Below the pieces are notes generated by a model. The model made no database searches and was not told the origin of the DNA. It worked only from the letters and a program-made list of their open reading frames with translations. Of a stretch of DNA of 64,000 nt, positions 61,031-64,000 are shown piece by piece. Numbering within the stretch: position 1 is the stretch's first letter; each line of letters opens with the position of its first letter. Source of the DNA: Eledone cirrhosa. Taxonomy: Eukaryota. The stretch is from contig OZ024742.1 of assembly GCA_964016885.1 (NCBI GenBank), positions 31,558,001 through 31,622,000 of the forward strand. Direction: 5' to 3'. Both the position numbers and the translations under genes were made by a program.

Positions 61031-62036
61031 ACATATATATATGTATACATATATATATATATATAGGTAATATTTTCATTCTTAGTTTAGATGTTTCACA
61101 CTTTGACAGCTATATATGAACTTTATTACGAATTTTAATTTGTATTTTTTACATTTTGAAATAGAATCTTACTTTTTTGTGGTACATAATTAAAACGCGT
61201 GGCACATCTTAATTACAACTCGTTGCATACCTAATTACAACACAATTACACCACGTAACACATCTAATTAGACCTCATGGCACACCTAATTAGTTCTCAT
61301 GGCACATTATTGCATCGGAGTAGACAGTTTGGAAATTACTGACACAAATATTTCAAATTAAATCTAACGCTGGAAACAGACGTCGTCTTAAGGGATGGCC
61401 CAAATCACGTGGCCTATGGGTAAAAGTGTTGAACTTATGATCATAATGTCATGGGTTCGAGTCCTTCACTAGGGCGTATGTTGTGTTCTTCATTTCACAC
61501 TTCATTACACATTGCTCCAGTTTACTCAGCTGAAAATGAGTACCAGCAACAGCTGGAGATTTAACCCTGCGATGGACTGTCATTTTGACCAGTGGGTTAA
61601 GCACCAGACTGATGAGCCTCCGGGCTCAAAACAGACTTTAACCCTGTGATGGACTGGCATCCTGTTCAGAGAAGAGTCTTGGACTCTCAGTCGTTTCACG
61701 CCACGGAAACCAGAATAAACACCAGTCTGATGAGAAACTAGACTCAAGACAGACTTTAGACTTTTTGAAGTGTCAAGGAAAATTCAAATATCCGCCTAAA
61801 TCTATGTCCGGATTAAAAGAGGTACTGGGTTATCAGCTACCAGAACATCGATGTGATACCTGTATCAGGTTTTCTTTTCTTTTCTTTGTGCTTCTAATTT
61901 GTTCTGCAAGTAATTATTTCTCGTTATCTCCACTGCATTGGTTTTGACATAAAATATGTTAAAAATAACACAGTAATTAATTTTCATGCCCGACCCATGC
62001 TAGGAAGAAGGAGTAAGTTAAACCATGATCATCATG

Positions 62037-62167
<131 letters not shown>

Positions 62168-62178
62168 ATATATATATA

Positions 62179-62976
62179 TGTTTTGCGAGGTGTTTGATAT
62201 GAAATCGTGTGTCGATTTGTTATTTGTTTATTTTTTTGTCTTCTTTGCGCATGCGTTTGCGTGTGTATAGTGTTTTGTTTGATGTGTGTTCGTGATTGGG
62301 TGACTGTGTATTGGTTAATGTATTCTATCTTTACTAGTGTGTGTTTATATGTGTTTGTTGTTATTGTGCTTGTGTATGTATTTATTTATTTATCTATTTA
62401 TTTATTTATTTATACTTCTCTTAGGTCAGTGTTGTTTGTTTGGGTGTTGCTGTTATTCCATTCATTTTTTCTGTTTAGCCTTGGCCTTCTAAGTTCTATT
62501 TCACTGGCCTCTCTGATTTGCCTATCTGCTGGATCATTTCTATCTTTAGATATTATTCTAATTTCTATGTTGTCTATGTTACCGTCGTGTTGTTTCAGTA
62601 CTATACGAACATGCCAGACAACAACACGACGGTAACATAGACAACATAGAAATTAGAATAATATCTAAACATAGAAATGACCCAGCAGATAGGCAAATCA
62701 GAGAGGCCAGTGAAATAGAACTTAGAAGGCCAAGGCTAAACAGAAAAAATGAATGGAATAACAACAACACCCAAACAAACAACACGGACCTAAGAGAAGT
62801 TTAAATAAATAAATACATACACAAGCACAATAACAACAAACACATGTAAACACACACTAGTAAAGATAGAATACATTAACCAATACACAGTCACCCAATC
62901 ACGAACACACATCAAACAAAACACTATACACACACGCAAACGCATGCGCAAAGAAGACAAAAAAATAAACAAATAA
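62179..62976. mobile_element. Penelope-like element 3' end as a ~380-bp-arm fold-back palindrome
   Basis: Arms about 62216-62593 and 62619-62976; left end abuts (TA)n; encodes a GIY-YIG C-terminus. Confidence 0.82.
62595..62804 (+). pseudogene. GIY-YIG endonuclease C-terminal fragment (PLE type)
   Basis: SVLYEHARQQHDGNIDNIEIRIISKHRNDPADRQIREASEIELRRPRLNRKNEW: H-x4-H, R-x-I-x-EA-x2-I, P-x-LN motifs; absent from the ORF track because it has no start codon. Confidence 0.78.
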
Positions 62977-63310
62977 ATAAATATATTGTATCTGTGTTTT
63001 TGACCGTTGGTAGGTCAATGGCAACATTGAGGACCGAATAAATTAAATTACCGATATAAAAGACACAGAAGCGAAAAGCGAAAACCAACCAAACAGTGAG
63101 TGTGTTCTGTTATTAATTCTGGCAATATTACACAAATATGACCCTCCCCAAGTATAACTATATATATATGTATATATATATATGTATATATATATATATG
63201 CTGATATAAATAAATATATATATATATATATATATATACAAATACACACATATATGAGTATATATATACATGAATGTTTGAATGTATGTATGTATGTATG
63301 TATGTATGTA

Positions 63311-63904
63311 TGTGCTACTAGTAACATGTATCCCAGTACAACCTGTCTCATGGTCGGGTCGTTGGCGACTAAACTGGCAACCCCCACCAAGGTTTCTTGG
63401 TGAGGAGGGTGACTTTGGACATCCTGCAGGACTAAAAACAAAACCTGTCAAAGGGCAAAGGAGCTCTTAAGAGTCAATGGCCATCCAAAATCACCGGGAG
63501 AGATGACCCCTTAGCCTTTGTCAAGGCAGAATTCTAGGAGAAGGAAAACTCTGATATAACACCTGCAACTCTGATGGTATCCAATGATGTTGACTTGTTC
63601 TTCTTTTTGGTAAATATCATCTTGGTTAAGAGAGTGGGACTGGCTTTGTGCAGTGCCTTTGCTCACTATAAAAGCTTCACGGCACAGGCATTGCTTTATA
63701 TCTGGAGATCTCTCTGCACTTGTCGTCAGATGGTACCATGGGCCCAACACTATGTGTCAATAATTGTCAAAAGTGTAGTGTTTGTACCAGAGTTTTCAAA
63801 TCGCTGGCTGGACTAAAAAGTCACACTCGTTAAGCGCATCCGTAGGGGTTCTCCTACATGGATATAAAGTAGTGGCCGTACTCGAAAACGAGTTGGCAGC
63901 CACC
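63311..63904 (+). mobile_element. Non-autonomous RTE derivative inside (TATG)n
   Basis: Near-identical to about 3861-4460; TATG arrays on both sides. Confidence 0.85.
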
Positions 63905-64000
63905 ATGTATGTATGTATGTATGTATGTATGTATGTATGTATGTATGTATGTATGTATGTATGTATGTGTGTATGTATATGTATGTATGTATATATGACG

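Noticed and set aside
61609-61635. CTGATGA-gcc..ggctc-AAAAC as a hammerhead
   Set aside because: Lacks GAAA; it is part of the SINE family 2 3' end and not conserved in other copies

Overview
This is a repeat-saturated, AT-rich eukaryotic window. The SINE and microsatellite make-up suggests a mollusc, probably an octopod; that is inference only. Almost every ORF in the track is a microsatellite translation artefact. The real protein-coding traces are decayed retroelements: two RTE-clade LINE 3' fragments, an R4/Dong-like restriction-like-endonuclease fragment, three CR1/L2-group 3' ends, a Penelope GIY-YIG C-terminus and a probable piggyBac remnant. There are also a few low-confidence host exons on the minus strand. 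The main discovery is a dense population of type I hammerhead ribozyme (HHR) motifs: about 20 complete or near-complete copies from about 10 apparently distinct sequence families in 64 kb. They sit in small non-coding elements, mostly embedded in (TA)n microsatellites, as fold-back palindromes and partial tandems. This architecture matches Penelope-like element (PLE) pseudo-LTRs and non-LTR retrozymes. One family appears to fold back on the ribozyme's own stem II or III and so loses the catalytic core. Another family has a fixed non-canonical CAGAAGA core. A second guild of retroelements (RTE, its non-autonomous derivative, R4-like, CR1-like) is tied to (TATG)n/(CATA)n arrays. All folds and alignments were read by eye.
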